A program made the translations under genes and the position numbers. A DNA stretch of 64,000 nt from assembly GCA_963730555.1 (NCBI GenBank), contig CAVSSS010000013.1, positions 87,695 through 151,694 on the forward strand, given 5' to 3'. The notes under the pieces were generated by a model. That model saw only the letters and a program-made list of their open reading frames with translations, was not told where the DNA came from and did not search any database. The DNA is from an uncultured Alphaproteobacteria bacterium. GTDB taxonomy: Bacteria; Pseudomonadota; Alphaproteobacteria; Rhizobiales; Beijerinckiaceae. This document shows positions 24,160-34,875 of this stretch, piece by piece. How positions within the stretch are numbered: position 1 is the first letter of the stretch; every line of letters begins with the position of its first letter.

Positions 24160-24236
24160 GCGCCCGTAGCTCAACTGGATAGAGTATCGGTCTTCGAAAC
24201 CGAGGGTTGGGAGTTCAAGCCTCTCCGGGCGCGCCA
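24160..24236 (+). tRNA. tRNA-Arg, anticodon TCG
   Basis: 77-nt cloverleaf: acceptor GCGCCCG/CGGGCGC, anticodon arm TCGGT-CTTCGAA-ACCGA, T-loop TTCAAGC, encoded CCA. Confidence 0.95.
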
Positions 24237-24482
24237 ATGATTTCAAGCAATTAGACAAAAAGATTAGCGGACCTTCCGGGTCCAGGGTAACTTAAGGGTA
24301 ACGACACCCCTCAGTCTTCCCCCTCGCAACGCGAATGATCACGTCGCTGTAGTTCTGGCCTGGCCCGCGCACGTTCATTGCCCATAGACTGCCGTCCTTT
24401 TGTGTGGAGATCACGCAGGACAAGAACGCAGGGGCGGCATCCGTAAAATCTTTGCACTAAAAATTCTCTTTCGGAGAGACCG

Positions 24483-25258
24483 ATGGAACGATTGCCGTCG
24501 CGTTTGCTTGGGGCCGCCGAGCGTTTGGTCTTGTCCTCATTGGCCATTGTGGGCCTCGCCGCTCCCGTCACAGCTAGCACCATCGCCGCCCCGGGTGACA
24601 TCGTTACCGTCACGTTCACCGGAACCGTCCCCGAATCAGCCGACCCCGACGGGACGTTCGGGTGCATAAGCTCTCCTGTTCGTCAGATCCTTACGTGGGT
24701 GACGCTTACGCGGCGACATACACGTTCAATACGAGCGTGGGATATACGGACGTCCCGAATAAGCAGGTAAGTTCGGAGGGAGGGGTCAACGGTAACCCTA
24801 TCAACGGCGTTGTGCCGCCTAGCCCGCTCATCAGCGACAGCGTGACCATCTCCAACGGCTCTTCATCATACAGTGTGGACGGGAAAGATTACGCTATTCT
24901 GGAAATTCTTACAGCCAACGGAAATGCGGGCGTCACGCCTCACTTGCTTGTGGCCAGGGCCGACGACTCGAAAGGCAATGAGATATACAGCCAGGTAGTA
25001 AGCTCGGATCTCCCATTCTCGATTACGACTCCGTTTTTACCTTTGACAGGTAACAGCGAAAGCTATTCACAAACCCTCTTCGATTGCACCACCTACCAAG
25101 TGTGCGAGGGATACATTGTCGCGGACTTGACCGTCAGTCTCACGGCGTCTGGCACCGTTCCCGAGACCTCGACCTGGGTGATGATGCTGATTGGCTTCGC
25201 GGGACTGGGCTTTGCTGGCTATCCCGCTCAACGAAAGACCGCAGCACTCGCGGCGTAG
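24483..25258 (+). CDS. PEPxxWA-CTERM sorting-domain surface protein (frameshift near 24672)
   Basis: signal peptide in ORF 24483; C-terminal VPETSTWVMMLIGFAGLGFAGY..RK in ORF 24662. Confidence 0.8.
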
Positions 25259-25272
25259 GCCTTCGCCGAAAC

Positions 25273-25333
25273 AAAAAGGGCGGCCGAAGCCGCCCTCTCC
25301 GAGGCCAAAAGAAAGGCGGCCCGAAAGCCGCCC
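25273..25333. terminator. tandem GC-rich hairpins with adjacent A-tracts
   Basis: GGGCGGC-cgaa-GCCGCCC and GGCGGC-ccgaaa-GCCGCC. Confidence 0.6.
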
Positions 25334-25829
25334 ACTCGCTTGCTCGATCATTCCCTTGGCGACAGCGAGCGCCGAGATCATCGATCTCCCTCGCCAGCCT
25401 GCGCGGTAACCTGCCGGACGGCCGGTTAGTCATCCCCCGTCCCATTAAGGGCGAGCCCATGCTCATCGTCGATTCGACCTGAACCTGTCGCCAACAGCCA
25501 CGAGCGCGGATCCAACCAATACGAGGACGGATAGGCCGAGAAGAATTTCGCCCGTTACGAAGAGTAGTGAATGAAACAGATCCATTGTCGGGCATTTAGC
25601 CCATTGCTCCTCCGCCTCACAGGATCGGAATTTACGCACGGCTGTCGGACGTCCACTGCCTCGAGCACGCGCATCGTGAAGGCGCGAGGTGGACAGTATA
25701 TGTCGCTACGGCAAGACATGAATTTGGCGCTCACGTCCGACAGGATTAGGGAGCCGTCATTCTTGGACGATAGCAGCGAGGCGAGAACGAGCAAGAACGA
25801 AGGGCCGCCTCAAGAACTCGCCTCGGTGG

Positions 25830-26432
25830 TCAAGCGTTGAAAAAATGCTCAAGGTCGGGGCGACGTTCGATTATGGCTCGCGCCCGCTCTTGCAGATTGC
25901 CTTGCACGCGTTCGAGGAATGGAGCCCCGACCTGCACCCACATGCCCTGTTTCAGCGCGACTTCGTCGATAACATCACGAAGCTCCGGATGCTTCACCAA
26001 AACCTCATTGATTTTACTCCGGAGGTCGGCGTTCTTGTTTCGCATCTCATCGTTCGTCAATGACGGTTCCCTATGCCGACTTAGAACCGTCAGCCAGCCA
26101 AAAGCCCCGCGCGGTGAGGACCTGACGCGGCTTTTGAGGCTGAGGGGCTTGGGTGGGCTGCCCCAGCGGGATCTGAGCCGCTGAATTAAGCGTGTGCGCT
26201 GTTCAGGCTCGAGCCGAAGAACGGCTTGGAAAACGAGCTCCACAGGATCCGCACGCTGCTCGGTCACGATAACCGGGTGCGGGGGACCGAATACCGCACG
26301 ATGGAGTTTAACTTGCAGTTGGTTCAGGTCTTCCATTTGACGCACCCGCGCGGGAAAACTTCGGCCGGTCCGGACCTGCGGTGGGTGGCCCAGCCGGAGT
26401 CTCGGACAGTTCGAGCGTAGGAGCAGTGGCAC
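25830..26432 (-). CDS. hypothetical protein (start uncertain, possibly two small genes)
   Basis: only the C-terminal ~70 aa look like an amphipathic protein; lies in the tRNA-linked patch. Confidence 0.35.
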   Translation of the reverse strand: MPLLLRSNCPRLRLGHPPQVRTGRSFPARVRQMEDLNQLQVKLHRAVFGPPHPVIVTEQRADPVELVFQAVLRLEPEQRTRLIQRLRSRWGSPPKPLSLKSRVRSSPRGAFGWLTVLSRHREPSLTNDEMRNKNADLRSKINEVLVKHPELRDVIDEVALKQGMWVQVGAPFLERVQGNLQERARAIIERRPDLEHFFNA

Positions 26433-26795
26433 CCCCGCAGCAACCTTCGGAATTTACTCACGCGATGACGCCGCAGAAAAAGCCCCGCGCGAGTGTTGGG
26501 CTCGATCGCGGGGCAAGTGTTGGGCGCGCTTGGGCGGGGACGAATTGAGCGCGCTTATAAATTTTGGTAGGAGCGGCAGCGCTCCGCGGCAATCCTCGGA
26601 AAGTACTCACGCGATGGCACAACGACGCTCACCTCGCGCGACGCTTCCGCACAGATCGCTCGTCAGAATTTTGTCGGGACAATAGTTTGGTATGTCACCG
26701 TAACCGGCATCATTTTCACTGGCCGGTTTCGGATGAACACCCCATGGCAAAGTCGCCGAAGCTCGCTTGGTGGCGCGGGCGAGAACGAAATCGGC

Positions 26796-27125
26796 TCAAA
26801 CCGCGGTTGTCCCGGGCCTGGCGTCACCGCCCGTGGCAGCGCCGTTAGCGTCGGTCAGAACATTATAGAGCGCGCGCGCCTCGACCGCCGGCCCACGTCG
26901 TTCGCCGAACGCCTCGACCCTCACCACGACCCATTTCGGCCCTTGCGCGAAGGTCAGCACATCGCCGCAGCGTATGCCGCGACTGGGTTTGTCGACGGAC
27001 GTGCGCGCCCCGCTGCGCGTGAGCCGCACGCCGCCTTCCTCGACGACGCGCGCGGCCAAACTTCTCGTCTTGAAGAAGCGGGCGCGCCATAGCCAGACGT
27101 CGATCCGGCAGGCGTCTTCCGTCAC
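26796..27125 (-). CDS. S4-domain RNA-binding protein (Hsp15-like)
   Basis: RIDVWLWRARFFKTRSLA and RRGPA.EARALY motifs; GTGA overlap with the helicase stop. Confidence 0.9.
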   Translation of the reverse strand: MTEDACRIDVWLWRARFFKTRSLAARVVEEGGVRLTRSGARTSVDKPSRGIRCGDVLTFAQGPKWVVVRVEAFGERRGPAVEARALYNVLTDANGAATGGDARPGTTAV

Positions 27126-29695
27126 GAGGCGGCGCGTCCCGACGCGCGACTGCGCCGGGCCTTGGCGCGCCTCGCCCGGCGCTTGGCGGCGGAGTTTGTC
27201 TTCGTGAGCGCCGCGAGCGCCGCGAACGGGGTCGCGACGGGCGCGGCCTTGTGCGCCGGTTCGTCGGACGCGTCGCGGCGCCGCCGAAACACCGCGCGCT
27301 CCGCGCCTTCGCCGTCTCGCACGCGGACAAACCCTAGCGCGCGCAGGATGTGATGCGCGTCGTCGCGGCGCCACCCAAGATCCCCCAGCAGCGCGTCGGT
27401 GACGTCGATCGCACCCGCGCCTTCAGGCCACGCGGCGCGCGCAAACGCGTCGAGCTGCTCAAGCTCAACGATTGGCGCGGCAAGCTGGCCAACCGCGCGC
27501 AAGCCGCGCAGCGCAAGCGCCTGCGGTTGCGGCGCCGGACGCGGCAGCGGATTGAGCGCTCCCGGGTCCGGCCGCCACGAGGCGCTTGCGAGTTCGGCGT
27601 AAGCGAACGCGAGCAGCTGCGCCTGCGGCTCGAGCAGCGACGGCAGATAGAGGCTGAAGGCGCCGAAGCGCACGCCGAGCGCCTTGAGAGTCCGGCGCTC
27701 GTTGCGGCTGAGCAGCCTGATGCGTTGATCTGCGCCGCGACGGTCCAAGACGCCGAACTCATCGACGAGCTGATAGGCGAGACCGCGCGCGAGCCCCTTG
27801 AGCCGCCCGTCCTCGATCGCCTCCTTGAGATGCTTCAGAGCGGAAAGCCGACGCGTCGCCTCGGCGGCGACAAAGGCCTCAAGGCGCCGCGCGGCGCGTT
27901 CACGCTGCGGCTCGGCGCCGAACTCGCCGATTAGCCTCACGCGGGGCGCGAACGGCTCGCCGCCGACGATTTCGCCCGCCGCTTCGCCCCGCCAGTTGAC
28001 AACGCCGCCAGGCGCAACAGCGAAGGCTTCATCGTCCTCGCTCGCCAACGCGCCAAGCCGCCGGGCGACCTCGGGGGCGACGACCCGCTCGACCGCGCCG
28101 CGCAGGGCGCGATTCTCGAGCGCCGTCGCGCCGCGCTCAGCCTCGAAATGGAAGCCGGCGAGTTGGCCGACCAAATGGCCCTCGACCGTCACCGCCCCGT
28201 CCTCGTTGATGCCGCCCAGGATCGGGCCCGCGCGCTGATTTAGGCTGCGGAGAAGCGCGCTCGTGCGCCGGTCGACGAAGCGCTGCATCAGGGATTGGTG
28301 CAGCGTATCGGATAGGCGATCCTCGAGTTCCCGCGCGCGGCCCTGCCATGTTTGCGGATCGGCGAGCCAGTCGGCGCGATTGGCGACATAGGCCAAAGTC
28401 CGCACCCGCGCGAGCCGCGACGACAACGCGTCAATGTCGCCGTCGGTCCGGTCAAGGCTCGCAAACTGCCCCTGCATCCAGTCTTCGGGCAGCCGCCGGT
28501 CGCCTTGGGTGAGATGCTCGAACATGGTCCCGACGAGACGCGCGTGCTCGTCCTGCGTGGCTTTACGGAAATCCGGCGTCTGGCAGACCTCCCACAGCCG
28601 CATCAGGTTCGATCGGTCGCGCGCGCGCCGCATGACCATTTCATCGGTCGACAATTGGCGCAGCGTTGTTTCGTCTTGCGCTTCCGCGGAGAGTCTCAGT
28701 CCCGAGGCGGGCGGCGATGCCGCCAGCGAGCGGATGAGCCCCTGAAGCGACTGGAAATCGAGCCGGTGATTGCGCCATTCGGCGGCCATGACGGAAGGAA
28801 AGACATGACCTTCGACCGCGCCGACGACATCCGGATCGAGTTCGGGCGCGTCGCCCGTTACGCCGAAGGCGCCGTCCTTGCGAAAGCGGCCGGCGCGCCC
28901 CGCGATCTGAGCGATCTCCTGGGAATAGAGGGCGCGCAGGCGCCGGCCGTCGAATTTACGCAATCCGGCGAAGGCGACGTGATCGACGTCCATGTTCAAT
29001 CCCATTCCGATCGCGTCGGTCGCGACCAGGAAGTCGACTTCGCCGGACTGGAACAGATTGACCTGCGCGTTGCGCGTGCGAGGACTGAGAGAACCCATGA
29101 CCACGGCCGCCCCGCCGCGCTGGCGGCGGATGAGCTCGGCGATGGCGTAAACCGCGTCGGTGGAGAAGGCGACGATGGCGGTGCGCTGAGGAAGACGGGT
29201 CAGCTTCTTGGGGCCGGCGTAGCTGAGTTGCGACAGTCGCTCGCGAAATTGGATCTCGGCGTCCGGACAGAGATGACGGATGAGCGAGGCGACGGTCGCC
29301 GCACCCATCAGCATCGTCTCGGACGACCCGCGCGCATGCAGGAGCCGATGGGTGAACACGTGGCCGCGCTCAGGATCGGCACAAAGCTGGATCTCATCGA
29401 CGGCGAGAAATTCGACCTTGCGGTCGAGCGGCATCGCCTCGACCGTGCAGACGAAATAGCGCGGTCTCGCCGGCACGATCTTTTCTTCGCCGGTGATCAG
29501 GGCGACTTCAGCCGCGCCCCGCGCCTTGACCACGCGATCGTAAATCTCGCGCGCCAGCAGCCTTAACGGCAGGCCGATCATGCCCGAAGCGTGTCCGAGC
29601 ATCCGCTCAACCGCCAGATGCGTCTTGCCCGTGTTGGTCGGGCCCAGAACGGCGATGAGCCGCGAGGCGTCGCCCCGCGCTGGCGAGCGATTCAT
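27122..29695 (-). CDS. SUV3/MgpS-like ATP-dependent helicase
   Basis: GPTNTGKT, DEIQ, ATDAIGMGLN and QIAGRAGR motifs. Confidence 0.93.
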   Translation of the reverse strand: MNRSPARGDASRLIAVLGPTNTGKTHLAVERMLGHASGMIGLPLRLLAREIYDRVVKARGAAEVALITGEEKIVPARPRYFVCTVEAMPLDRKVEFLAVDEIQLCADPERGHVFTHRLLHARGSSETMLMGAATVASLIRHLCPDAEIQFRERLSQLSYAGPKKLTRLPQRTAIVAFSTDAVYAIAELIRRQRGGAAVVMGSLSPRTRNAQVNLFQSGEVDFLVATDAIGMGLNMDVDHVAFAGLRKFDGRRLRALYSQEIAQIAGRAGRFRKDGAFGVTGDAPELDPDVVGAVEGHVFPSVMAAEWRNHRLDFQSLQGLIRSLAASPPASGLRLSAEAQDETTLRQLSTDEMVMRRARDRSNLMRLWEVCQTPDFRKATQDEHARLVGTMFEHLTQGDRRLPEDWMQGQFASLDRTDGDIDALSSRLARVRTLAYVANRADWLADPQTWQGRARELEDRLSDTLHQSLMQRFVDRRTSALLRSLNQRAGPILGGINEDGAVTVEGHLVGQLAGFHFEAERGATALENRALRGAVERVVAPEVARRLGALASEDDEAFAVAPGGVVNWRGEAAGEIVGGEPFAPRVRLIGEFGAEPQRERAARRLEAFVAAEATRRLSALKHLKEAIEDGRLKGLARGLAYQLVDEFGVLDRRGADQRIRLLSRNERRTLKALGVRFGAFSLYLPSLLEPQAQLLAFAYAELASASWRPDPGALNPLPRPAPQPQALALRGLRAVGQLAAPIVELEQLDAFARAAWPEGAGAIDVTDALLGDLGWRRDDAHHILRALGFVRVRDGEGAERAVFRRRRDASDEPAHKAAPVATPFAALAALTKTNSAAKRRARRAKARRSRASGRAAS

Positions 29696-29876
29696 GAGTC
29701 TCAATGTGGACGATAGAGGCGCGCGCCGCAAGGCTTAAGCGCTTGTTTAAATGCGCGTCTTATCGCGCCGTTGTCACTTTTCTTTGACATTGGAACGGCG
29801 ACGACGCTCTTGCCCTTACGGGATGAAGGCGCCAACACTGGTCCAAGAGTCGCCACAGCCATTGGGGGGAAGCAGA

Positions 29877-30817
29877 ATGTATCATGGGCAAGTCGAAGGC
29901 ACGGACCTCGTTGTGCTCGACAAGCGCTTCGGGCAGCTCTTCGCCGGCTATATGCGGGTGACCAGGCACTGGACCGGTTCGATTTGGGCCGAGGGTCCGG
30001 TCTGGTTCGCCGCTGGCCGCTATCTCATCTGGTCGGATATCCCCAACAACCGCATGCTCCGCTTCGTTGAGGAGTTCAGGCCAGGTATCAGTTTTCCGGC
30101 AGGCCTCCAACAATTCGAACGGCAACACCGTCGACAACCAGGGCCGGCTCGTCACCTGCGAACATTTGACGCGCCGCGTCACCCGCACCGAGTTCGACGG
30201 CTCGATCAAGGTGCTGGCGGACAAATGGGAGGGCAAGCGTTTCAACTCGCCGAACGACGCGGTCGTGAAATCGGACGAACTCGATCTGGTTCACCGATCC
30301 GGCCTACGGCATCGACGGCGACAACGAGGGCGAACCGGCGACGCCCGAAATCGACGGCTGCTACGTCTATCGCATCGACAAGTCGGGCGCGATTACGAAA
30401 CTCATCGACAATATGGTGCGGCCCAACGGCATCGCCTTCTCGCCCGACGAGACGCTGCTTTATGTCGCCGACACCGGGGCGACGCACACAGAGAATACGC
30501 CACGCGCCATTCGCCGCTACAGCATCAACGCCGACGGCAAGAGCGTGCAGGGTCCGGGCGAAAGCTTTTGTGAGCTGGCCCCGGAGGACGGACTTTACGA
30601 CGGTTTCCGCGTCGACCGGTCCGGACGGATATGGACGAGCACCGGCAAAGGCGTCTATTGCTACGAACCGGATGGGACGCTGATCGGCAAGATCCTCATT
30701 CCGGAAATCGTCGCCAACCTGACTTTCGGCGGTCCGAAGCGCAATCGCCTGTACATCTGCGGCACGACCTCGCTGTATTCAGTCCTGCTAATGACCAACG
30801 GGTCTAAGCTCGGCTAA
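29877..30817 (+). CDS. SMP-30/gluconolactonase family protein (two apparent frameshifts, ~30075 and ~30279)
   Basis: AEGPVW, SNGNT.D.QGRL, NSPND, PNGIAFSPDE and DGFRVD spread over three frames. Confidence 0.88.
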
Positions 30818-30941
30818 CTGACTGCGGCGTTTCTGCTCGCGTCGTAAAATTAATCGCCCGCCTGAAGCCTTGAAAGCCGCCTTGTCCGACCGTACCGTTC
30901 GCAGGCGGGAGTTCTTGCGGTTTGCAACAGCGGAGAAACGA

Positions 30942-31616
30942 ATGGGCGCCGAGATCACGTTCAAACGCCCCGACGGCGGCGACGCCAAGGGCTATCTGGC
31001 GAACGCTGCAAGCGGCGATGCGCCGGGAGTTGTCGTCATCCAGGAATGGTGGGGGCTGGCTGATCAAATCAAGGCGATGGTCGACCGCTTCGCGCTCGCG
31101 GGTTTCGACGCCTTCGCGCCCGATCTCTACAAGGGCGTCGTCGTGCCCTATCACGACGCGGACCGCGCGGCGAAGGAGATGTCGTCGCTGAATTTCCTCG
31201 ACGCCACCGAGCAAAATGTTCGCGGAGCGGTCCAATACCTCAAGCGCAACGGGGCCAAGGTCGGCATCGCCGGTTATTGCATGGGCGGGGCGGTGGCGGT
31301 GATCGCCGCGGCGAAGATCCCCGAGTTGACGGCGGCGGTTTCCTTCTACGGGCTGCCGCCCGAGCAGGCGGTCAAGGCTGCGGACGTCAAGATTCCGCTC
31401 CAGGGCCACTTCGCCAACAAGGACGATTACATCACGCCGAAGACCGTCGATGATTTCGAGAAAGCCTTGAAGGCTGCGGGCAAGGACGCTGAATTCTTCC
31501 GCTATGACGCTGACCACGCCTTCGTCAACGAGCAGCGCATGGCGGTGCATGACCGCCAGGCGGCCGAGCTGGCGTGGGGCCGGGCCGTCGCCTTCCTGAA
31601 GAGACGCCTGGGCTAG
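30942..31616 (+). CDS. dienelactone hydrolase family protein
   Basis: QEWWG, GYCMGG and HAF motifs. Confidence 0.92.
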   Translation: MGAEITFKRPDGGDAKGYLANAASGDAPGVVVIQEWWGLADQIKAMVDRFALAGFDAFAPDLYKGVVVPYHDADRAAKEMSSLNFLDATEQNVRGAVQYLKRNGAKVGIAGYCMGGAVAVIAAAKIPELTAAVSFYGLPPEQAVKAADVKIPLQGHFANKDDYITPKTVDDFEKALKAAGKDAEFFRYDADHAFVNEQRMAVHDRQAAELAWGRAVAFLKRRLG

Positions 31617-31626
31617 GTTTGGGCGA

Positions 31627-32403
31627 ATGGAGCTTGGACTCAAAAACAAGGTCGTGCTCATCACCGGCGGCTCGAAGGGCATCGGCCTTGCTTGCGCGCA
31701 AGCCTTCGCGGCCGAAGGCGCCCGGATCGCCATATGTTCGCGCTCCCGCGACAATATCGACAAGGCCAGCGCGAAGATCAAAGAGGCGTTTGGCGTCGCC
31801 GCCGATCTCGTGGACGCCGCGGCGGGGCAGAGAGCGATAGAAGCAGTCGAAGCCCGCCTTGGGCCGATCGACATCCTGGTGAATTCGGCGGGCGCCGCGA
31901 AGCGAACGCCGCCCGACGAATTAACCCCGGCGATCTGGCGCGAAGCGTTTGACGCCAAGTTCTTCTCTTATATCAACGCCATTGACCCGGTGGTGAAGCG
32001 CATGGCGAAGCGCGGGAGCGGCGTCATCGTCAGCATCATCGGAGTGGGCGGCAAGGTCGCCTCGTCAACGCATCTCGCCGGCGGATCGGCCAACGCCGCC
32101 CTGATGCTCGCCACAGCCGGGCTCGGCGCGACTTACGCTAGCAGGGGCGTTCGCTTCGTCGGTGTCAGTCCGAGTCTGACGGAGACGGACCGGGTGGCGG
32201 AGGGGCTCGCCGCCGACGCCCGGCTCGCCAATATCTCGGTGGATGAAGCGCGCCGGCGCGGCGTCGCCAAGCTCCCGTTGGGCCGCATGGCGACGGCGGA
32301 AGAGATCGCCGACGCGGTTCTCTTCCTCGCCTCCGCGAAGGCGGGCTACATCACCGGTGTGACCCTATCGATGGACGGCGGCCAGAACCCGGTCGTGCTC
32401 TGA
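31627..32403 (+). CDS. short-chain dehydrogenase/reductase
   Basis: [14 protein letters not shown] and YITG...DGG motifs. Confidence 0.9.
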   Translation: MELGLKNKVVLITGGSKGIGLACAQAFAAEGARIAICSRSRDNIDKASAKIKEAFGVAADLVDAAAGQRAIEAVEARLGPIDILVNSAGAAKRTPPDELTPAIWREAFDAKFFSYINAIDPVVKRMAKRGSGVIVSIIGVGGKVASSTHLAGGSANAALMLATAGLGATYASRGVRFVGVSPSLTETDRVAEGLAADARLANISVDEARRRGVAKLPLGRMATAEEIADAVLFLASAKAGYITGVTLSMDGGQNPVVL

Positions 32404-32494
32404 GCGATGGCGGTCCGATCCGCCTCTCTTGGCGGCTGAACAGCAGGTTTGCGTCAATGGCCTCCGCTGCGGCGACTGCTGCCGGAAACCTAAC

Positions 32495-33415
32495 TCAGCG
32501 CCCCGCAGCGCCGCTGCTTGGGCCGCCAGCGGCTTGGGCCCGTCGGATCCCAGTCGAATTCCGAGGCCGCCCGCCGAAGAAAGCCAAAAGGAACTGCGGC
32601 AAGTTCGGGGCTGTCGACTGAGTCGTATGGCGTTTCGGATCAACGCCGCGCGAAGAGAGAGTCGAGCGCAGCCTTTTTGAAGGTTCATTCGCCGGCGGTC
32701 TCGCTGGCGGTAAGGGTGGCGACGAAACAACCGGTCCCGGAAGGACGCCTGAAGGCGTATCTTGCGCAGCGTCAGCAGGGGGCGGCGCCTTGTCGTCCAG
32801 CCGCTTGGCTAGGCCAAGGAGTTGCGGCCGCAACTTCTCACAGCGCAACTCGATCAAGAGCCGAATGATTCCGTCGCTCGTCGGGCTATCAGACAATCGT
32901 TGCAAACGGTCTTCGTCGCCTCTGCAGATCTCATCAGCGGCAAGCGTCGCGGCGTCCGACCCGGTCGATGGCACGGGAGGAGGGACGTTTTCGCTCGGAA
33001 CCTTTGTGTCAGCCGCGCCAACGTCCGGCGCCTGCACGGCCATCGGCGCGGAGGGCGTCATGGGCGGAGCGAGTTTGTCGAGTTCCGCGCGTACGGATTG
33101 CGCGTGGGCTCCGTCCGGATGGGCGGTCAAGAATGCGCGCCATCCTTCTGTCGACTTCATCCGCTCCGCGATTCGGTAGTCCAAGTCCTCCTCGACTTTG
33201 GCGGCGGCTATCGGATCGACTGACGGAACCTCTGCTTGCGGCCGTGCAGCCAGTGACTTGTTGATAGCGACGCTGATGTCATCTAGCCACCGCGGTTTCG
33301 CAATCTCTCCGCGGCTGGTGGCGTATGCGTAGACGGCCGGAACCGCCAACGCCAGAAGGAGCATGTATTTCCAAAGTTTAAGCACGCCCAGACCTTCCAC
33401 CGCCCCGCTAATCAC
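32495..33415 (-). CDS. membrane-anchored or exported Pro-rich hypothetical protein
   Basis: N-terminal hydrophobic segment; WRAFL..HPDG motif; C..DEDRL...C.KLRPQ segment. Confidence 0.6.
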   Translation of the reverse strand: MISGAVEGLGVLKLWKYMLLLALAVPAVYAYATSRGEIAKPRWLDDISVAINKSLAARPQAEVPSVDPIAAAKVEEDLDYRIAERMKSTEGWRAFLTAHPDGAHAQSVRAELDKLAPPMTPSAPMAVQAPDVGAADTKVPSENVPPPVPSTGSDAATLAADEICRGDEDRLQRLSDSPTSDGIIRLLIELRCEKLRPQLLGLAKRLDDKAPPPADAAQDTPSGVLPGPVVSSPPLPPARPPANEPSKRLRSTLSSRGVDPKRHTTQSTAPNLPQFLLAFFGGRPRNSTGIRRAQAAGGPSSGAAGR

Positions 33416-33643
33416 GTGGCCGGCGATTGGTCAATTCACGTCCTTATCCAAAATTCCGCAGGGTAAACGGGATGAGACCTATTTAACGTCATACCCTTGG
33501 CGTAGAATGCGGAGCGGCGATTGCGCGCTCAGATCGTTTTAGCAACGCCCTTTCCGCGCGAACTTCTCAAAAACGTGCTTCGTGTACGCGATTGGTCTGG
33601 CGGGATCTCGTCCGCGACTCTGAGAAATCCGCGCTGCGCGGAA

Positions 33644-34015
33644 TCAGGACGCCTTCCGGCGGACGGCCCACGGCGCCATGCGCCGGATCTGCGCCACGCT
33701 CGCCTGTTTAGGCAGCTTTTCTGCGATGCCGTAGACCCGCTCCCGACGATCGATTTCCCCCATGACGTCGGCGGGCGAAACGCCGCATTCCGCCCAGATT
33801 ACGGCAAGGTGATAGAAAACGTCGGCACTCTCGAGGATGACCGATTCGCGGTTCATCTGCACCGCGTCCAGCCCGACCTCGATCGCCTCCTCGACCAGCT
33901 TCTTGGCCATTTTCTGCACGCCGTCGCGGAACAGCTTGGAGGTGCGGGACGTCGAAGGGCTTCGGTCGCGGGCCTCCTGAACGGCGGCAAATAATCTGTC
34001 AAGCGAATCAGTCAT
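33644..34015 (-). CDS. hisE: phosphoribosyl-ATP diphosphatase
   Basis: SRTSKLF..G, KKLVEEA.E and ESAD.FYHL motifs. Confidence 0.9.
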   Translation of the reverse strand: MTDSLDRLFAAVQEARDRSPSTSRTSKLFRDGVQKMAKKLVEEAIEVGLDAVQMNRESVILESADVFYHLAVIWAECGVSPADVMGEIDRRERVYGIAEKLPKQASVAQIRRMAPWAVRRKAS

Positions 34016-34182
34016 GTGTTCTGATTATCCCTATTGAAAACAGATAATGCCGGACAAGAGTTCACGCACTATGACAAAAAGGCTTAAACGGAAATTTTTT
34101 TGCAAAAGCCTGGGGATTACTCGTGGGCGGCGTCGCTCCGCGCAGGCTGGGAGACCAGTCCCCTAGGACCAAACCACCCTGT

Positions 34183-34875
34183 TCATGCTGCAAGAGAAGC
34201 GAAAAGCGCACGTCCGTGCGTGCCGCCCACCAAAGGGTCGATCAGGTTTTCCGGATGCGGCATCAAGCCCAGCACATTGAACTGATCGTTGAACACGCCG
34301 GCTATGGAATTGATGGCTCCGTTGGGGTTCGAGGCGCTCCCGACCCTGCCCTCAGTGTCACAATAGCGGAAGGCGACCCGGCCCTCCGCCTCAATTCGGC
34401 GGATCGTGTCATCATTGGCGACGAAGTTTCCCTCGCCATGCGCGATGGCGAATTGGACCACCTGTCCGGGCGCGTAACGACGCGTGAATGGCGTTTGCGC
34501 ATTCTCAACCCGTACGTGCTGCATTTTGCAGATGAAGCGCAGCTCAGCGTTGCGCATCAAAACCCCGGGCAAGAGGCCAGCCTCGCATAGGATCTGGAAG
34601 CCGTTGCACACGCCCAGCACCAGTCCGCCGCGCGCTGCGTGATCACCGACCGCCCGCATGATCGGCGACCTCGCGGCGATGGCTCCGCAGCGCAGGTAAT
34701 CTCCATAGGAGAATCCGCCGGGCAAGACGACCAGATCCAGGCCCGATGGCAATTCGCGGTCGGCGTGCCAGACGATCGCGGGCTCGGCGCCTGTGGCCTG
34801 CCGCAGGGCGCGCGCGACATCGCCTTCGCGATTCACCCCGGGAAAGACAATGATCGCGGCCCGCATGGCGCTCAC
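34183..34875 (-). CDS. purQ: FGAM synthase glutaminase subunit
   Basis: PGGFSYGDYLR, GVCNGFQ and MPHPE motifs. Confidence 0.96.
   Translation of the reverse strand: MSAMRAAIIVFPGVNREGDVARALRQATGAEPAIVWHADRELPSGLDLVVLPGGFSYGDYLRCGAIAARSPIMRAVGDHAARGGLVLGVCNGFQILCEAGLLPGVLMRNAELRFICKMQHVRVENAQTPFTRRYAPGQVVQFAIAHGEGNFVANDDTIRRIEAEGRVAFRYCDTEGRVGSASNPNGAINSIAGVFNDQFNVLGLMPHPENLIDPLVGGTHGRALFASLAA

Noticed and set aside
26519-26532. GGGCGCGC as an attR copy of the tRNA 3' end
   Set aside because: Only 8 bp in GC-rich DNA, and the flanks do not match CTCTCC or CA.
29735-29749. TTAA-N7-TTTA CtrA-like box upstream of the helicase
   Set aside because: A single one-mismatch match with no supporting knowledge for this gene; too weak to call.
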